Assembly (NCBI GenBank): GCA_963789955.1
Contig: CAWBMV010000007.1
Coordinates: 1 to 64,000 of the forward strand
Source of the DNA: an uncultured Candidatus Rokubacteria bacterium
Lineage (GTDB): Bacteria; Methylomirabilota; Methylomirabilia; Rokubacteriales; CSP1-6
Direction of reading: 5' to 3'
DNA length: 64,000 nt
Shown piece after piece: positions 22,186 to 34,197 of this stretch. Within the stretch, counting starts at the first letter, position 1. Every line of letters starts with the position of its first letter. The notes beneath the pieces were generated by a model that saw only the letters and a program-made list of their open reading frames with translations, was not told the origin of the DNA and searched no databases. The position numbers and the translations under genes were made by a program.

Positions 22186-22633
22186 TCAAGGCACGAGTAC
22201 GAGCTTGCCTATGACGCCTCCCTTCCCGAGCAGCTCATGCGCATATCTTGCCTCCGCAAGGGGAAACCGCTGCGCGATCAGCGGCTTGATCCTCTGCTGT
22301 TGAAGGAGCTCGAACAGGGCGATCAAGTCCTGCCGAAACCATGCCGGTCTCAGCCGCTTCAGCCACTGAATGCTATAGGGAAGCACCCGTCTCCGGCTCG
22401 GAAGAAACCAGCCGCCAGCAATGTACAACCCAAAGATGGCGAGTCCATGAAAGCGATGACGACGACCTGAAGCCAATCGCCCCTCACCCGCATCATGAGG
22501 TCGGGCAAGGAGACACCCGCGGCGAGCACTCTCACCCGCACTTCACCCCCTTCGGCTCGGGGCACTCCTCTTCAACCACCTGAAGTGCGTCGGGCCCATC
22601 ATAGTGGGTGACGATGATGCGCGTGTGTTTCAC
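22186..22633 (-). pseudogene. MDR/quinone oxidoreductase relic with internal deletion
   Basis: N-terminus (GPDALQVVEE..PEP..GEVRVRVLAAGVS) abuts the C-terminus (IKPLIAQRFPLAEARYAHELL..GGVIGKLVLVP); the nucleotide-binding core is absent. Confidence 0.75.
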
Positions 22634-22749
22634 GGACCTTTTCCTCGGTGTCACTCCTTTTCAGTCCGCCGGGCTGTTCTCGGGTGGCCGTCACGTCGCT
22701 CACGCGGCCACGCGCCGCTCCCGAGGCGACAGCGACCGCGGTCAGACGG

Positions 22750-22765
22750 AGCAACGGAAGTGCCA
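22750..22765 (-). promoter_or_regulatory. sigma54 -24/-12 promoter
   Basis: Minus strand TGGCAC-TTCCG-TTGCT (consensus); tandem boxes at 22820-22857 are shared with the divergent USP gene (TGGCAA-TCTCG-TTGT at 22909-22923). Confidence 0.75.
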
Positions 22766-22975
22766 CAACGGAATGTCAGCGACGATGAGCACTTGCGATC
22801 GCTCGGACGTCGGAGCGCTTGGGGCGACACCGCTACGCCTAAGGCTCCACCACCTCACTCGGGTCCACGCCCCGAGACCAAGTGCGTGATCTTCAGGCTG
22901 GCTTCATATGGCAATCTCGTTGTACCGGTGTTGGGGGAGCGGACACTGTCGACGAACGAACGAGGGAGCAACCCG

Positions 22976-23818
22976 ATGAAAATCCTGGTGGCTACGGACG
23001 GTTCGACCGGGGCCCTTCAAGCCCTGGATTGGCTGGCAAACTTTCCGATGCCTGCCGACGCGACAATCGAAGTCGTGAGCGCCTCCCGTCTGCCACTTTC
23101 AGCCAAAGCGGCCGCGGCGATGGGATGGCGTGAGTTCCTCGCCGAGAGCCAGCGCGTCGTGGACAATGCCTGTGAGCGGCTCGCGAAACGCTGGACGGCC
23201 GTGGCCGGACGGGTGCTCGACGGCGACGCCCGTGAAACCATCGTAGAGGCAGCAACACAGGGCAAGGCGGACCTCATCGTGGTCGGCGCACGGGGGCTCA
23301 GCGAAGCGGCTTCGTTCCTGCTCGGGAGTGTGTCACTCGGCGTCACCCGCGGTGCACCATGTCCGGTCCTCGTCTGCCACGGCCGGGCGCGGCCCGTGCG
23401 CAACATCATCATCGCGCACGACGGGTCTCCCGACGCTCGCCTGGCCGTCGACTACTGCTCCAGGCTCCCGTTCGCCCCGGAGGTCGCCGCGGTTCTCGTC
23501 GGCGTCGTCGAGCCGTTAGCCTGCCCGGCAACCGCGCCCGGGCTCATCAAACCAGAGCTGAGAACGCTGGTGCAGGATCATGAGAACGAGACGCGCAGCA
23601 GGCTCGCGTCCTCGCTCGGTGAGGCCGCGGACGTCTTGCGCTCCCACGTACGCGAAGTCGACATCGTGACGCCGAAAGGCGCGCCGGCGGCGACCATCCT
23701 GAGAGAGGCCGAAGCTCACGACGGCAACCTCATCGTCGTCGGCGCGCGAGGCCTCGGGTCGGAATCGGTTCTCCGCCACGCGAGGTGCCCTGTGCTCGTC
23801 GTGCAGCGGCGCGTCTAG
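22976..23818 (+). CDS. Universal stress protein, tandem USP domains
   Basis: MKILVATDGS...GARG...LLGSVS; the second domain lacks the LLLGSV segment (ARGLG-SESV). Confidence 0.9.
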   Translation: MKILVATDGSTGALQALDWLANFPMPADATIEVVSASRLPLSAKAAAAMGWREFLAESQRVVDNACERLAKRWTAVAGRVLDGDARETIVEAATQGKADLIVVGARGLSEAASFLLGSVSLGVTRGAPCPVLVCHGRARPVRNIIIAHDGSPDARLAVDYCSRLPFAPEVAAVLVGVVEPLACPATAPGLIKPELRTLVQDHENETRSRLASSLGEAADVLRSHVREVDIVTPKGAPAATILREAEAHDGNLIVVGARGLGSESVLRHARCPVLVVQRRV

Positions 23819-23827
23819 TCGACAGTC

Positions 23828-24090
23828 ATGACACACGAAATCCGTTCGGCGTCGACGGACACCACGCCCGTGGCTGGGGCCTCGGTGTTTCGATCGTGAC
23901 CCGACGCGACGATGTTGCCGGCGTGCCCGGACGCTTTGGCTGGGACGGCGCTTTCAGCACGTCGCTGTACGTGGACCCGCGCGAGGACATGGTGGGGGTT
24001 CTCATGGCGCAGTGCCGTCCCGGAGCGTTACGCCTGCCGCCGGTCGTGCTCGACTTCTGGACGTCGGCCTACCAGGCGATCGACGACTGA
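23828..24090 (+). pseudogene. C-terminal fragment of a serine hydrolase/beta-lactamase
   Basis: GWGLG...PGRFGWDGAFSTSLYVDP...DFWTSAYQAIDD; no N-terminus. Confidence 0.65.
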
Positions 24091-24164
24091 GCGACGCGTC
24101 GAGCAGGGGCGACTCAGGAGCGGCAAGCCGTTGGCCCTCCGCCGGATGCGTCCGCACGAGCGAT

Positions 24165-25298
24165 CTACGACTGAGCACGGGCCACCGCGCCCCGGAAGCG
24201 GGCCAGCGCGATCGAGAAAAACACGACGCCGAGCACGGTGATGGCGAGGAAGTCTCGCCACACGACGCCGAGCCCGGCCCCTCGATAGAGGATGGCTTGC
24301 GCAAACCGCACGAAGTGGGTCGTCGGTGCCGCCAGCATGATCATCTGCAGAGCCTCGGGCATGCTGTCCCGCGGCGTCATTCCGCCGGAGAGCATCTGCA
24401 GCGGTAGGATCACGAGGATCATCAACAGCCCGAACTGCGGCATGGAGCGCGCGACTGTGGCCAGCACGATGCCGAGCGACGTCGTCGAGAATAGATGAAG
24501 CATCGCCCCGAACAGGAATAGCCCGACCGACCCGGCGATGGGTACCGCCAGCGCGCCCTTCACGACCACCCAGAGCGAGAGAGCCGCGGTCACGAGCACC
24601 ACCGCGCCGTTAGCCCACACCTTGGCGGCCATGATCTGAAAGGGAGTCAACGGCATCACGAGCAGGTGCTCCAGCGTCCCGTGCTCGCGCTCCCGAATGA
24701 GCGCGGCGCCGGTCAAGATGACCGACAACAAGGTGATGTTGTCGATGATCTTCATCACGCCTCCGAACCAGATGCCGTCGAGATTCGGATTGAACTTCAC
24801 GCGCGTGACGAGCGCCACCTCCGGTGCGCCCTCGCTGCTCCGGCGCTGGACGAATCCGCCGACCTCGGCCATCACGATGTTGTAGATGTACAAGGCGCCG
24901 ATGAACGCCTGGCTCATCCGCGTGGCATCGATGTTGACCTGCACGCCGGGCTGGCGACCGGCCTGAACATCACGCTGGAAATTCGGCGGAATGTCGAGGA
25001 CGAACGTGTACTGTCCGGCGTCGAGCCCGCGGTCCACCTGACCCGGCTCGATCGGAACCGGAGGCAGGAAGTACGGCCGGTAGAATGCGCTCGTGATCCG
25101 CTCCGACAGGGTCGAGCGGTCTTCGTCGACCACCGCGATGGGGGCGTGGTGCAGCTCACGAGACACGGACGTGGCGGCAGTGTAGATGCCGAACGAGAAC
25201 GCCCAGATCATGAAGAACAGCAGCACCTTGTCGTGCCACACGCTTCGCAGCTCTTTGATGCCCAGGTGGACGATGGCGGCGCCCCAGCTCCGGCTCAT
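24165..25298 (-). CDS. yhhJ: ABC-2 permease
   Basis: [20 protein letters not shown] and TM helices; downstream of rbbA. Confidence 0.85.
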   Translation of the reverse strand: MSRSWGAAIVHLGIKELRSVWHDKVLLFFMIWAFSFGIYTAATSVSRELHHAPIAVVDEDRSTLSERITSAFYRPYFLPPVPIEPGQVDRGLDAGQYTFVLDIPPNFQRDVQAGRQPGVQVNIDATRMSQAFIGALYIYNIVMAEVGGFVQRRSSEGAPEVALVTRVKFNPNLDGIWFGGVMKIIDNITLLSVILTGAALIREREHGTLEHLLVMPLTPFQIMAAKVWANGAVVLVTAALSLWVVVKGALAVPIAGSVGLFLFGAMLHLFSTTSLGIVLATVARSMPQFGLLMILVILPLQMLSGGMTPRDSMPEALQMIMLAAPTTHFVRFAQAILYRGAGLGVVWRDFLAITVLGVVFFSIALARFRGAVARAQS

Positions 25299-28045
25299 CG
25301 GGCTTGCTTCCGGAGCAGCAGCAGGCTGACCGAGAACCCGACCGGGATGACCGCCGCCAGCGCCAGAAACTCCACGCCGAGGTCGCCGAAGCCCAGCGCC
25401 TTGTTGAAGGTCCCACGGGCGATCGTCAAGAAGTAGGTCATGGGGAAGACCTGACCGATGAGGCGGCCAGCGCCCTCCAGCGACGAGACGGGATCAGTCA
25501 GGCCGCAGAACTGGGTGGCGGGCGTGAGCGATGCGATCGCCGTGCCGAACAGCGCGGCGATCTGCGTCCGGGTGAAGGCGGAGATCAGAAGCCCGTACCC
25601 CGTCGCGCTCACCACGTACAGGAACGCGCCGACGATCAACGCGAGCAGGCTCCCCTTGAGCGATACGCCGAACGCGAAGACCGCGAGCGCCAGGAGAATG
25701 AAGAAGCTCACCATGGCGATCCCCACGTACGGCAGCTGCTTGCCGAGCAGAAACTCGACGCGAGTCACCGGGGTGACGTAGAAGTTAGTGATCGAGCCCA
25801 GCTCCTTTTCCCGCACGACGGCGAGCGCGGTCAGAATGCCGGGCACGAACAGCAGCAGCAGCGCGATCGTGCCGGGCACCATCGCGTCCAGGCTCCGAAA
25901 ATCTTGGTTGTAGCGATAACGCATCTCGAGGTTCGCCCAGGCCGAATGTGGCGCCGCGCCGTCGAGGGCCAAGCGCGTCAGGTAGTCTTGGTGAACGCCC
26001 TGGACGTAGCCGCGAATGGTCTCGCCCCGGAACGGCATTGCTCCATCAACCCACACGCCAATCTCGGGCGCGCGCCCGCGCTTGACGTCGCGGCCGAAGC
26101 CGGAAGGAATCTCGATCGCGAGCGCGAGCTCGCCGGTCTGCATGCGTGCCTCGATCTCCGCGGGAGCCCGGATGGGCGCCCGACGGACGAAGTAACGGGA
26201 GCCGGCGATGTTCTCGATGTAGCCGCGGCTCGCGGCGCTGTCGTCGCGATCGAGGGCGGCGAAGGCAAGAGAGTCGACGTCGAGTGTCATGCCATAGCCG
26301 AGCACCACCATCAGCAGTGCGGAGCCGAGCAGGGCAAAGGTGAGTCGAATCGGGTCTCGCCGCAGCTCGAGCCCTTCCCGCCGGGCGTAGGCGAGCAGTC
26401 GCGCCACGCTGAAGTGGCGGGTGTGGCGCGACGACGCTGAACGCGCCGTCATCGATGAGACCTCCGGCGCCGGCCCGCCGCCCGACTCCTCGAGATAGCT
26501 GATGAAGGCGTCCTCGAGCGTGGCGACGCCGCGCGCGTGCATCAGCGCGGCGGGCGTGTCGGTCGCCAGCACGCGTCCGCCGTGCATGAGCGCGATGCGA
26601 TCACAGCGTTCGCCCTCGTTCATGAAGTGAGTCGATACGAAGATCGTGACACCATGCGCGCGCGAAAGATCGATCAGCAGCTCCCAGAACCGATCCCGGG
26701 CTACGGGATCGACTCCAGAGGTCGGCTCGTCGAGGATCAGGATTTCAGGCTCGTGTACCATCGCGACCGCGAGCGACAGGCGCTGGCGGATGCCGACCGG
26801 CAGCGCCTCGGCCAGTGTGTCAGCGTGCGCCTGCAGCTCGAAGCGCTCGAGCAGCACGGCGACATGCTCCGCCACCCGGGCTGGTGGGAGCTCGAACAGG
26901 CGAGCGTGCAGATCGAGATTCTGCCGTACGGTCAGCTCTCCATAGAGCGAGAAGCCCTGAGACATGTAACCCACGCGTCGTCGGCCTTCCCGGTCGCGCG
27001 GATCCACCGGACGACCGAACAGCCGGACTTCGCCCTCGGTGGCCGGGAGCAGACCGGTGAGCATCTTCATGGTCGTGGTCTTCCCACATCCGTTGGAGCC
27101 GAGAAAGCCGAAGATCTCGCCCCGCTCGATCCTGAAGCTGACCTTGTCGACCGCGGTGAAAGTACCGAAGCGCCGGGTGAGCCGGGTCGCCTCGATGGCC
27201 GGTTCGCCATCATCGGCCCGGCGCGGTGGAATCGTGAGCGCGCGATGGCCACGCCGCCGGTCCTCCGGCAGTAATGCGATGAAGGCGGAGTCCAGGTCGG
27301 GCATCCCCGCGTGGGCCATCAGCATCCGGGGGGTGCCGCTGAACAGGAGGCGCCCGGCGTCCATGGCCGCAAGCCAGTCGAACGACTCCGCTTCCTCCAT
27401 ATAGGCGGTGGAGACGAGCACGCTCATCGTGGGCCGCTGGTTGCGAATGCGGGCGAGGAGCTGCCAGAACTGGCGGCGCGACAGCGGATCGATGCCGGTC
27501 GTGGGCTCGTCGAGAATCAGGACGTCCGGGTCGTGGAGAAGCGCGCAGCACAACCCGAGCTTCTGCTTCATGCCACCCGATAGCTGACCGGCCAGACGGT
27601 CGCGGAACGGCGCGAGCCCGGTGCCGGCGAGTAGCTCATCGATGCGTCGGCGTCGCGCGACAGCCGGTTGATCGAACAATCGGCCGAAGAAATCGACGTT
27701 GTCGAAGACGGACAGCGGCGCGTAGAGATTGCGACCGAGTCCCTGCGGCATGTAGGCGATCCGCGACGCGACCTCGCGCCGGAACCGGCTCGAGCGCATG
27801 TCGCCGCCGAGCACGTTCACGGCGCCGCGCTGGATCTTCCGCGCTCCGGCGATCAGACCGAGCAGCGTGGACTTGCCTACGCCGTCGGGGCCGATCAGTC
27901 CCGCCAGGCACCCGGCCGGAATCTCCAGATCGAGCCGGTCGATCGCTAGCGCTTTGCCGTACCGGTGGCGGACACCCTCGATTCGGGCCACCGGTGGCGA
28001 CGGCGCCGTCATCGGCTGAGTTTGACGCGCAGGCGCTCCGGCCAC
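25295..28045 (-). CDS. rbbA: Ribosome-associated ATPase / dual ABC + permease RbbA (start may be 28012)
   Basis: Two ABC domains ([26 protein letters not shown]) plus ABC-2 membrane domain ([10 protein letters not shown]). Confidence 0.92.
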   Translation of the reverse strand: MAGAPARQTQPMTAPSPPVARIEGVRHRYGKALAIDRLDLEIPAGCLAGLIGPDGVGKSTLLGLIAGARKIQRGAVNVLGGDMRSSRFRREVASRIAYMPQGLGRNLYAPLSVFDNVDFFGRLFDQPAVARRRRIDELLAGTGLAPFRDRLAGQLSGGMKQKLGLCCALLHDPDVLILDEPTTGIDPLSRRQFWQLLARIRNQRPTMSVLVSTAYMEEAESFDWLAAMDAGRLLFSGTPRMLMAHAGMPDLDSAFIALLPEDRRRGHRALTIPPRRADDGEPAIEATRLTRRFGTFTAVDKVSFRIERGEIFGFLGSNGCGKTTTMKMLTGLLPATEGEVRLFGRPVDPRDREGRRRVGYMSQGFSLYGELTVRQNLDLHARLFELPPARVAEHVAVLLERFELQAHADTLAEALPVGIRQRLSLAVAMVHEPEILILDEPTSGVDPVARDRFWELLIDLSRAHGVTIFVSTHFMNEGERCDRIALMHGGRVLATDTPAALMHARGVATLEDAFISYLEESGGGPAPEVSSMTARSASSRHTRHFSVARLLAYARREGLELRRDPIRLTFALLGSALLMVVLGYGMTLDVDSLAFAALDRDDSAASRGYIENIAGSRYFVRRAPIRAPAEIEARMQTGELALAIEIPSGFGRDVKRGRAPEIGVWVDGAMPFRGETIRGYVQGVHQDYLTRLALDGAAPHSAWANLEMRYRYNQDFRSLDAMVPGTIALLLLFVPGILTALAVVREKELGSITNFYVTPVTRVEFLLGKQLPYVGIAMVSFFILLALAVFAFGVSLKGSLLALIVGAFLYVVSATGYGLLISAFTRTQIAALFGTAIASLTPATQFCGLTDPVSSLEGAGRLIGQVFPMTYFLTIARGTFNKALGFGDLGVEFLALAAVIPVGFSVSLLLLRKQAR

Positions 28046-29367
28046 TCGGCCCGCGGATCTAGTCGCACGTACGCCACACCGGGGAGACCCGTCTTCACCT
28101 TCTCCACGTTCCGAGCGAGAAGATCCGGATCGATTCGCACCTTGACGCGGAACATGAGTTTCTCGCGCTCGGTGCGTGTCTCGACTTCTTTGGGAGTGAA
28201 CTGTGCGCGAGGCGCCACGAACGAGATCGCGGCCGGGATCACCAGGTACGGCGCCGCATCGAGGACGATGCGCCCCTCGGCGCCGACGATGGTGCGACCG
28301 GCCTCGTCGGTCGGCAGGAAGATCGTCATGTAGACGTCGCTCAGCTCGAGCACGGTCACCACCTTGCCGCCCGCGGGCAGCACCTCACCGGGCTCGGCCA
28401 ACCGGTACAACACACGTCCGCGGATGGGCGTGGTGAGGGTGCTATCGGCGATGTCCGTTCGGATGCGCTCGATCCGGGCGGCGGCCGCGGCGATGGCGGC
28501 TTCGCGATAGTCGACGTCGATCCGAGCCACGGTCAAGGCGGCCTCGGCCGCAGCGCGCTGCGCCTCCTGCTGCACGAGCGCGGCGTCGGCCATCTGAAGC
28601 TGGGCCTGGGCTTCCAGGAGAGCGCCCTCGGCCACCTTTGCCGCCGCGTGCTCCTGCGCGAGCGCCGCCACCGCGGTCTCGCTGCGAGTCAGATCTTCGT
28701 CGAGCTTCTGCCTCGCGATCAGGTTGCCATCGAAGAGCGACTGGGAGCGCTGCAGCTCCTTCCGCGCGAGAGCGAGCTCGCTCTCGCGCTGGGCGACCGT
28801 GGCTTGCGACTTCTCGACGCCGCTCCGGCGTTGCGCCACGGCGGCCTCGACGCGGCGGCGATCGCTCTGTCGCTGGGTGATACCGGCCAGGGCGCTCTGC
28901 ACCTCGCTCTCACGCTGCGTGATGGCAGCCACAGCGCGCCGCCTGTCCTCCCGCGCCTGCGCGGCTTGCGCTTCGGCCTCGTGCAGATCCGCCTCGACGT
29001 CACGCGTGTCCATGCTGGCGAGTAGCTGGCCGGCATCGACCATGTCCCCTTCCCTGACCGCGACGGCTGCGATCCGGCCGGGGCGCTTGGTGGCGATGTC
29101 GTACTCGGTGGCCTCGATGCGACCGTTCCCCGACGCGAAGCCGGCGGGGAGTTTGGGACCGCGAAAGCGCCCGACCACGCCCGTCGCCAGGCCCTGGACT
29201 TCCGTCGCGTACTTCACGACCAGCAGCGCGCTCAGCGCGGCGGCGACAAGTGCGACGGTGACGACGATCCATCTGGTCTGGAGTCGCACGGCAAACGGGC
29301 GTACGTCGCCTGGTGTCTTCATCCGCTGCGAAGCCCTCCCTCGGGGGATGTGCATCGTCAATGCCAT
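28009..29367 (-). CDS. HlyD-family membrane fusion protein (YhiI-like)
   Basis: [11 protein letters not shown], long coiled coil, [20 protein letters not shown]. Confidence 0.9.
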   Translation of the reverse strand: MALTMHIPRGRASQRMKTPGDVRPFAVRLQTRWIVVTVALVAAALSALLVVKYATEVQGLATGVVGRFRGPKLPAGFASGNGRIEATEYDIATKRPGRIAAVAVREGDMVDAGQLLASMDTRDVEADLHEAEAQAAQAREDRRRAVAAITQRESEVQSALAGITQRQSDRRRVEAAVAQRRSGVEKSQATVAQRESELALARKELQRSQSLFDGNLIARQKLDEDLTRSETAVAALAQEHAAAKVAEGALLEAQAQLQMADAALVQQEAQRAAAEAALTVARIDVDYREAAIAAAAARIERIRTDIADSTLTTPIRGRVLYRLAEPGEVLPAGGKVVTVLELSDVYMTIFLPTDEAGRTIVGAEGRIVLDAAPYLVIPAAISFVAPRAQFTPKEVETRTEREKLMFRVKVRIDPDLLARNVEKVKTGLPGVAYVRLDPRAEWPERLRVKLSR

Positions 29368-29529
29368 GGCCGGCGCACACGGTTTCTCAGCGATCTAGAC
29401 GATGCGCCGAGCCGGGACACAACCGCGCGCTAAGCAAGAGCGCGGCGTCAGTGCCTCACTTGGGGCAGCGATCTCCCAGGTCGTCCATCGCACAGTGGCC
29501 TAAGTCCCCGAACCGATTCATTCGATCGC

Positions 29530-29544
29530 TGGCACCGCGCTTGC
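29530..29544 (+). promoter_or_regulatory. sigma54 -24/-12 promoter
   Basis: TGGCAC-CGCGC-TTGC; tandem boxes CGCGG-N8-CCTCA and TGGGG-N8-TCCCA at 29441-29478. Confidence 0.8.
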
Positions 29545-29584
29545 CTCCCAGAGAGGCCGGAGGGCTGATGCGCGGATCAGGATC

Positions 29585-30908
29585 GTGGTGCTGCTGGGCG
29601 CCATGACGTTGCTGGTGGCGGCCGGGCCCGTTCCCTATCGCAAGGGCACGATTGACGCCGCCGAGCCACCCGCGTCGTTCGCGCAGGTTGCGCGAACCGC
29701 ACTGGCCGCGTCGATCATCGTACGCGGTCCCGAATACGCAGGCGGAGCTACCGAGCCGCAAGGCTCCGATCTCGCCTTCGGCGAGCTCGGAATCGCGAGC
29801 GCACGCCGTGCGCTGGGCGCAGGCGTGATCGTCGATCCCCGTGGGTTCGCTCTGGTCAGCGCGCGCGCCGTCGGTCGTGCACCTCGACTGGAGGTTGCGC
29901 TCCTCGACGGAACCCAACTAAAAGCTGACGTCGTGGGAGTCGATTTGCGTACCGACATCGCGGTCTTGCGACTCCATAGCGACGCACTCCTCTCGTACCT
30001 GGCCTTCGCCGATGCCGATCGTGTCCGAGCTGGAGACTGGATTGTCGCCGTCGGCGCGCCCTGGGGTCTGGAAGGAACGGTCACCGCCGGCATCATCACT
30101 GCCGTACCCAAACCGGGAGGCGCGAATCCCCTAACGAGCTTCCTTCAGACCGATGCGGCGCTCGGTCACGCGTTCGTGGGCGGCCCACTCGTCGCGATGA
30201 GCGGCGAGCTCGTGGGTCTGGCCACTCCACTCGGCGGCGGAGGAATCGGTTACGCGCTACCGGCGGCGACCGTCCGCAAGGTCTACGTCGAATTGCTCGA
30301 GAAGGGCCGAGTAAGCCGGCCATGGCTGGGCGCGATCACGCAACAGCTCAGCGCCGACCTCGCGCGCGCGTTCGACGCACGCAGCGCACAGGGTGTCCTC
30401 ATCGCCGATGTGCTCCCCGAAAGCCCGGCCGCCGGCGCAGGCCTCCGATCGGGCGACGTGGTCCTGGAGATCAACGGGCGCGCGGCATCATCGCGCGCTC
30501 AGCTCGAAAGGACCGTGAGTCTCCTGTCACCAGGAGCCAGCATTCGACTCAAGGTCCGTCGTGCAGCACGTGACGTCGTCGTTTCAGTCAGACTGGGAGA
30601 GGAGCCGGTCGAGTGGGAGGTGCGCCCCGATCTGATCAAAGCCAGGCGCTTGCTGGGCATCGATGTCCGTCCCGTCACGCCCTGCGATGGGTGCAGTGGT
30701 GGTGGACGTCGACGCCGACAGTCCCGCCGATCTCATGGGCATCGAGCCTGGTGACGTCGTCCGTGGGATCGATCGCAAGCCCGTCCGCAACATAGCAGAT
30801 TTTCAAACGATCGTTCGGCACATTCAGGGCGGCAGCGACGTCTTGGTGCTGGTGCAACGCGCCGACGTCGCCGTCTACGTGATCATACCCGCACGTCCGG
30901 ATCCGTAG
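29585..30908 (+). CDS. HtrA/DegP-like trypsin + 2 PDZ protein lacking catalytic His and Ser (copy 2; frameshift near 30683)
   Basis: Paralog of 12102-13436 along its length; VSARAV and AFVGGP; C-terminus lies in ORF 30663-30908. Confidence 0.85.
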
Positions 30909-30986
30909 ATCGTTTGGAGGCAACATGGGCCAATTGGCCGGTGCGAGCTCCGGCTGACGCCGCACCATCTCCGATGGGCAAGGCCC

Positions 30987-31115
30987 TCAGCCCATCTGCG
31001 CCTCCCGCACGAGCAACCCGAAGACTTCGCCTGCCTCGACGCGGACGGAGAGTCGATCGACGGCGATGAAGGTCCCGAACCGCTTGGGCAGGTCCTCGGT
31101 TTCGAGGACGATCAC
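30987..31115 (-). pseudogene. N-terminal stub of an ABC ATP-binding protein
   Basis: VIVLETEDLPKRFGTFIAVDRLSVRVEAGEVFGLL, ending just before Walker A. Confidence 0.6.
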
Positions 31116-31131
31116 GATGCGTGACGGTCGT

Positions 31132-31449
31132 TCATTTCAGCGTCGCGAGATACGCGGCGAGGGCGCGAATCTCGTCCTCCACCAACGCGAGTCGCGGCAT
31201 GTGGGCCCGCGGCTTTTGCGCGGCCGGATCGCGCAACCAGCTCGCCAGCTGGGATTCGGTGTACTTCCCGCCGATATGCGACAGATCGTAGGCGATGGGC
31301 GTTCCCGCTACGCCGATGCGGTGACAACCGTAACAGCCCTGCGAGAAGAACAGCTGCCGCCCCTCGCCGGCGCCCTCGGCCCAGACGGCCGCCGTCACGA
31401 ACCCGATGACGAGGATCATGCCGATCCCAATCATTCCCATCCAGCGCAT
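31132..31449 (-). CDS. Monoheme cytochrome c
   Basis: Signal peptide, CYGCH, WLRDP...HMP. Confidence 0.85.
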   Translation of the reverse strand: MRWMGMIGIGMILVIGFVTAAVWAEGAGEGRQLFFSQGCYGCHRIGVAGTPIAYDLSHIGGKYTESQLASWLRDPAAQKPRAHMPRLALVEDEIRALAAYLATLK

Positions 31450-31588
31450 TTGATTCGCCTCTCTGCCGATCCGCTCGAGGTTCGGCCACAGAATGCCGAC
31501 ATGGTAGCACCATGCCTCATTTCGGCCGTTCTCGCGCCTTCCGGCAGCGCTCTTTGCATATCGACGGTCAAGGATTAGGATCGTCGCC

Positions 31589-33495
31589 GTGGTCTCGCCC
31601 GATCGCAACCAGGCGCCAGTGGCGACGGTCAGCCGTCAGGTGTTCCCTTCGCTATTGACGGCGGGCCGCGGCCAGCGTCGCCTCGCCCTGATCGTCACGC
31701 TGTCCTCCGCCACAATCTTTCTCGCGGTCGTGCCGTTCGCGAAGACCCCGTTACCGCAGATCTGGGCGTTCATTCCGGTCTACGAGTCGGTACTGGTCGT
31801 CAACGACCTGATCACGGCCGTTCTGCTACTCGGTCAGTTCAGCTTCTTGCGATCCGCGTCGCTGCTGATCCTGGCGATGGGGTACCTGTTCACGGCGCTC
31901 ATCACGATCTCACACGGGCTGACGTTTCCCGGGCTCTTCCGCCCGTCCGGCCTGCTCGGGGCGGGGCCGCAGAGCACCGCGTGGTTGTACATGCTATGGC
32001 ACGCCGGCTTTCCTCTGTTCGTCATCGCCTATGCCGCGCTGAAGGCCGGCGGGCGCACGATTTCTCGCCGGCTTGCCATTCCCGCTGCCGTCGCGGCGGT
32101 GGTCGGGCTGGTGAGCAGCCTCACGCTCGTTGCGACCGTCGGCCAGGCGCTGCTTCCGGCGATCATGGAGGCCAATCACTACGCGCCCGCGATGTCCACG
32201 GTCGTCTCCGCAACCTGGCTGCTGAGCCTGCTGGCGGTCGCGACCATCTGGCGGCGGCGCCCGCACACGGTGCTCGACCTGTGGCTCATGGTGGTGATGT
32301 CCGCGTGGGTCTTCGACATCGCCCTCTCCGCAGTCCTCAATGCAGGCCGATTCGATCTGGGATTCTACGCCGGTCGGATCTATGGCCTCAGCGCGGCGAG
32401 CTTCGTGTTGACTGTCCTAATGGTCGAGAACGGCAAGCTCTACGCTCGGCTCGTCGAGATGCACGAGCGGACACGACAATTGTCCCTCGAGCACGAAGAG
32501 CGACAACAGCGGCGAGTCACGGCGATCGTCGACAGCTCGGATGATGCCATCATCGGCGAAGACCTCGACGGCGTCATCACCTCGTGGAATCCGGCCGCCG
32601 CGCGAATGTTCGGCTACCACGCCGACGAGGCGATCGGCCGCGCCATCACGCTCATCGTTCCGCCCGAGCGAATGGACGAGGAAGAAGCGGTCTTGAGCCG
32701 ATTGCGGCGCGGAGAGCACATCGATCACTTCGAGACGGTCCGCCGCACCAAGGACGGACAACTCATCGACGTCGTCCTGACGATCGCGCCCCTGCGAGAC
32801 CTCAACGGCAAGGTGTTCGGCGCGTCCAAGATCGCCCGCGATATCACCGAGCGCAGGCAGACGCAAGAGGCATTGCGTCTGAGCGAAGCAACGGCCCTTG
32901 CCTTCATTGCGTCGGCGGCCGAAGGGATACTGATCATCGACGAAGCAGGCCGCACCGTCATCGCCAACGGCCAGATCGAGAAGATGTTCGGCTACGAGCA
33001 GAGCGAGCTGGTCGGTCGGCCGATGGAAGCGCTGCTGCCGGAACGGCTGCGTGAGCGACACATCGCGCATCGCGCCGAGTACGCGGCGGAGCCGCGTGTC
33101 CGACGAATGGGACGAGGGCTCGATCTCGCGGGCCGCCGCCGCGACGGCACGGAATTCCCCGTCGAGATCAGTTTGAGCTACGTGCGTACGCCGCGCGGGG
33201 TTCGAGTGATGGCGTTCGTCACCGATATCACGGAGCGGCTCGTGCGCGAGCGTAGTGCGCGCCGGGCCGACAAGCTTGCGCTGCTGGGCACGCTGTCAGC
33301 GGGGATTGCGCACGAGCTCAACAATCCGCTCGGCATCATCAAGGGCCGGATCGAGTTGATCCTCCTCGAGGACGAGGACGAGACGCTGCCGCCGGCGGTT
33401 CGTGAGGATCTCGGCGTCATCCACCATCACGTCGAGCGAGTCATACGCCTCGTGCACGGTCTCTTGTCCTACGCCCGCCCCTCGGAAGGGGAGCG
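31589..33495 (+). pseudogene. MASE4-like membrane domain-PAS-PAS-HisKA sensor kinase, truncated before the HATPase domain
   Basis: TM domain, two PAS domains, AHELNNPL; after LLSYARPS no N/G/F boxes follow in any frame and regulatory DNA begins. Confidence 0.75.
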
Positions 33496-33640
33496 TGGTA
33501 GCCGAGCCGTCGTCGCCCGCCCGGTCCCCTGTCCCACACTGACGCCGCGGCGCGACCAGGCGAGGCGGTCGCTCCCCAGGTGTCGCCAAAACTCCGTCGG
33601 CACAAGCGATGTAAGCGGGCGATTCGATTCGTTTTCGCCG

Positions 33641-33656
33641 TGGCGGGCTCCTTGCA
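33641..33656 (+). promoter_or_regulatory. sigma54 -24/-12 promoter
   Basis: TGGCGG-GCTCC-TTGCA; box CGAGG-N8-CCCCA at 33561-33578. Confidence 0.65.
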
Positions 33657-33669
33657 CTCTCCATCGGGC

Positions 33670-34092
33670 ATGGTCGTATCGAAGACGGACCGGTCGGCGT
33701 CGTGTCTCGTGGAGACCAGGGGCAGAACCGCTCCCATTCTCATCGTCGAGGACGAGATCGATCTCCGGAACACCTACGAACGCATCCTGCGCCGGCTGAA
33801 CTTCGACGTCATCGCCGTCGAGCGGGCAAACGAGGGTCTGCGCGTCGCCGAATCCCGACCGATCCGCCTGGTGATCACCGATCTGAGGCTTCCGGACATG
33901 GACGGCATCGCGCTGATCCGCGCCCTTCGCGGATGCGCGGATCCCCCGCCGATCATCGTCGCTTCGGGGCTCGATTCCGGGGCGACCAGGCGCGCCGCGC
34001 TCGAGGCCGGGGCGACTGCGTACCTGACGAAACCCTTCTCAGTCGCGACGCTGACGGCGAAAGTCCAGGAGGTCTTGAGCGAAGGTCTCTGA
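33670..34092 (+). CDS. Single-domain response regulator (receiver)
   Basis: ILIVEDE, VITDLRLPDMDG, YLTKPF. Confidence 0.9.
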   Translation: MVVSKTDRSASCLVETRGRTAPILIVEDEIDLRNTYERILRRLNFDVIAVERANEGLRVAESRPIRLVITDLRLPDMDGIALIRALRGCADPPPIIVASGLDSGATRRAALEAGATAYLTKPFSVATLTAKVQEVLSEGL

Positions 34093-34197
34093 ACGCGTCT
34101 GAGCAACGCACGAGGTTTGCCGGCATGCCCGGACGGCCACTACGAAGCCCGCCGGCGAACCGGATGACTCCGGTCACGCATTCGGGGATCACGGACC

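Noticed and set aside
31542..31558. sigma54-like CGGCAG...TTTGCA before the PAS kinase
   Set aside because: GG-to-GC spacing is 11 rather than the required 10.
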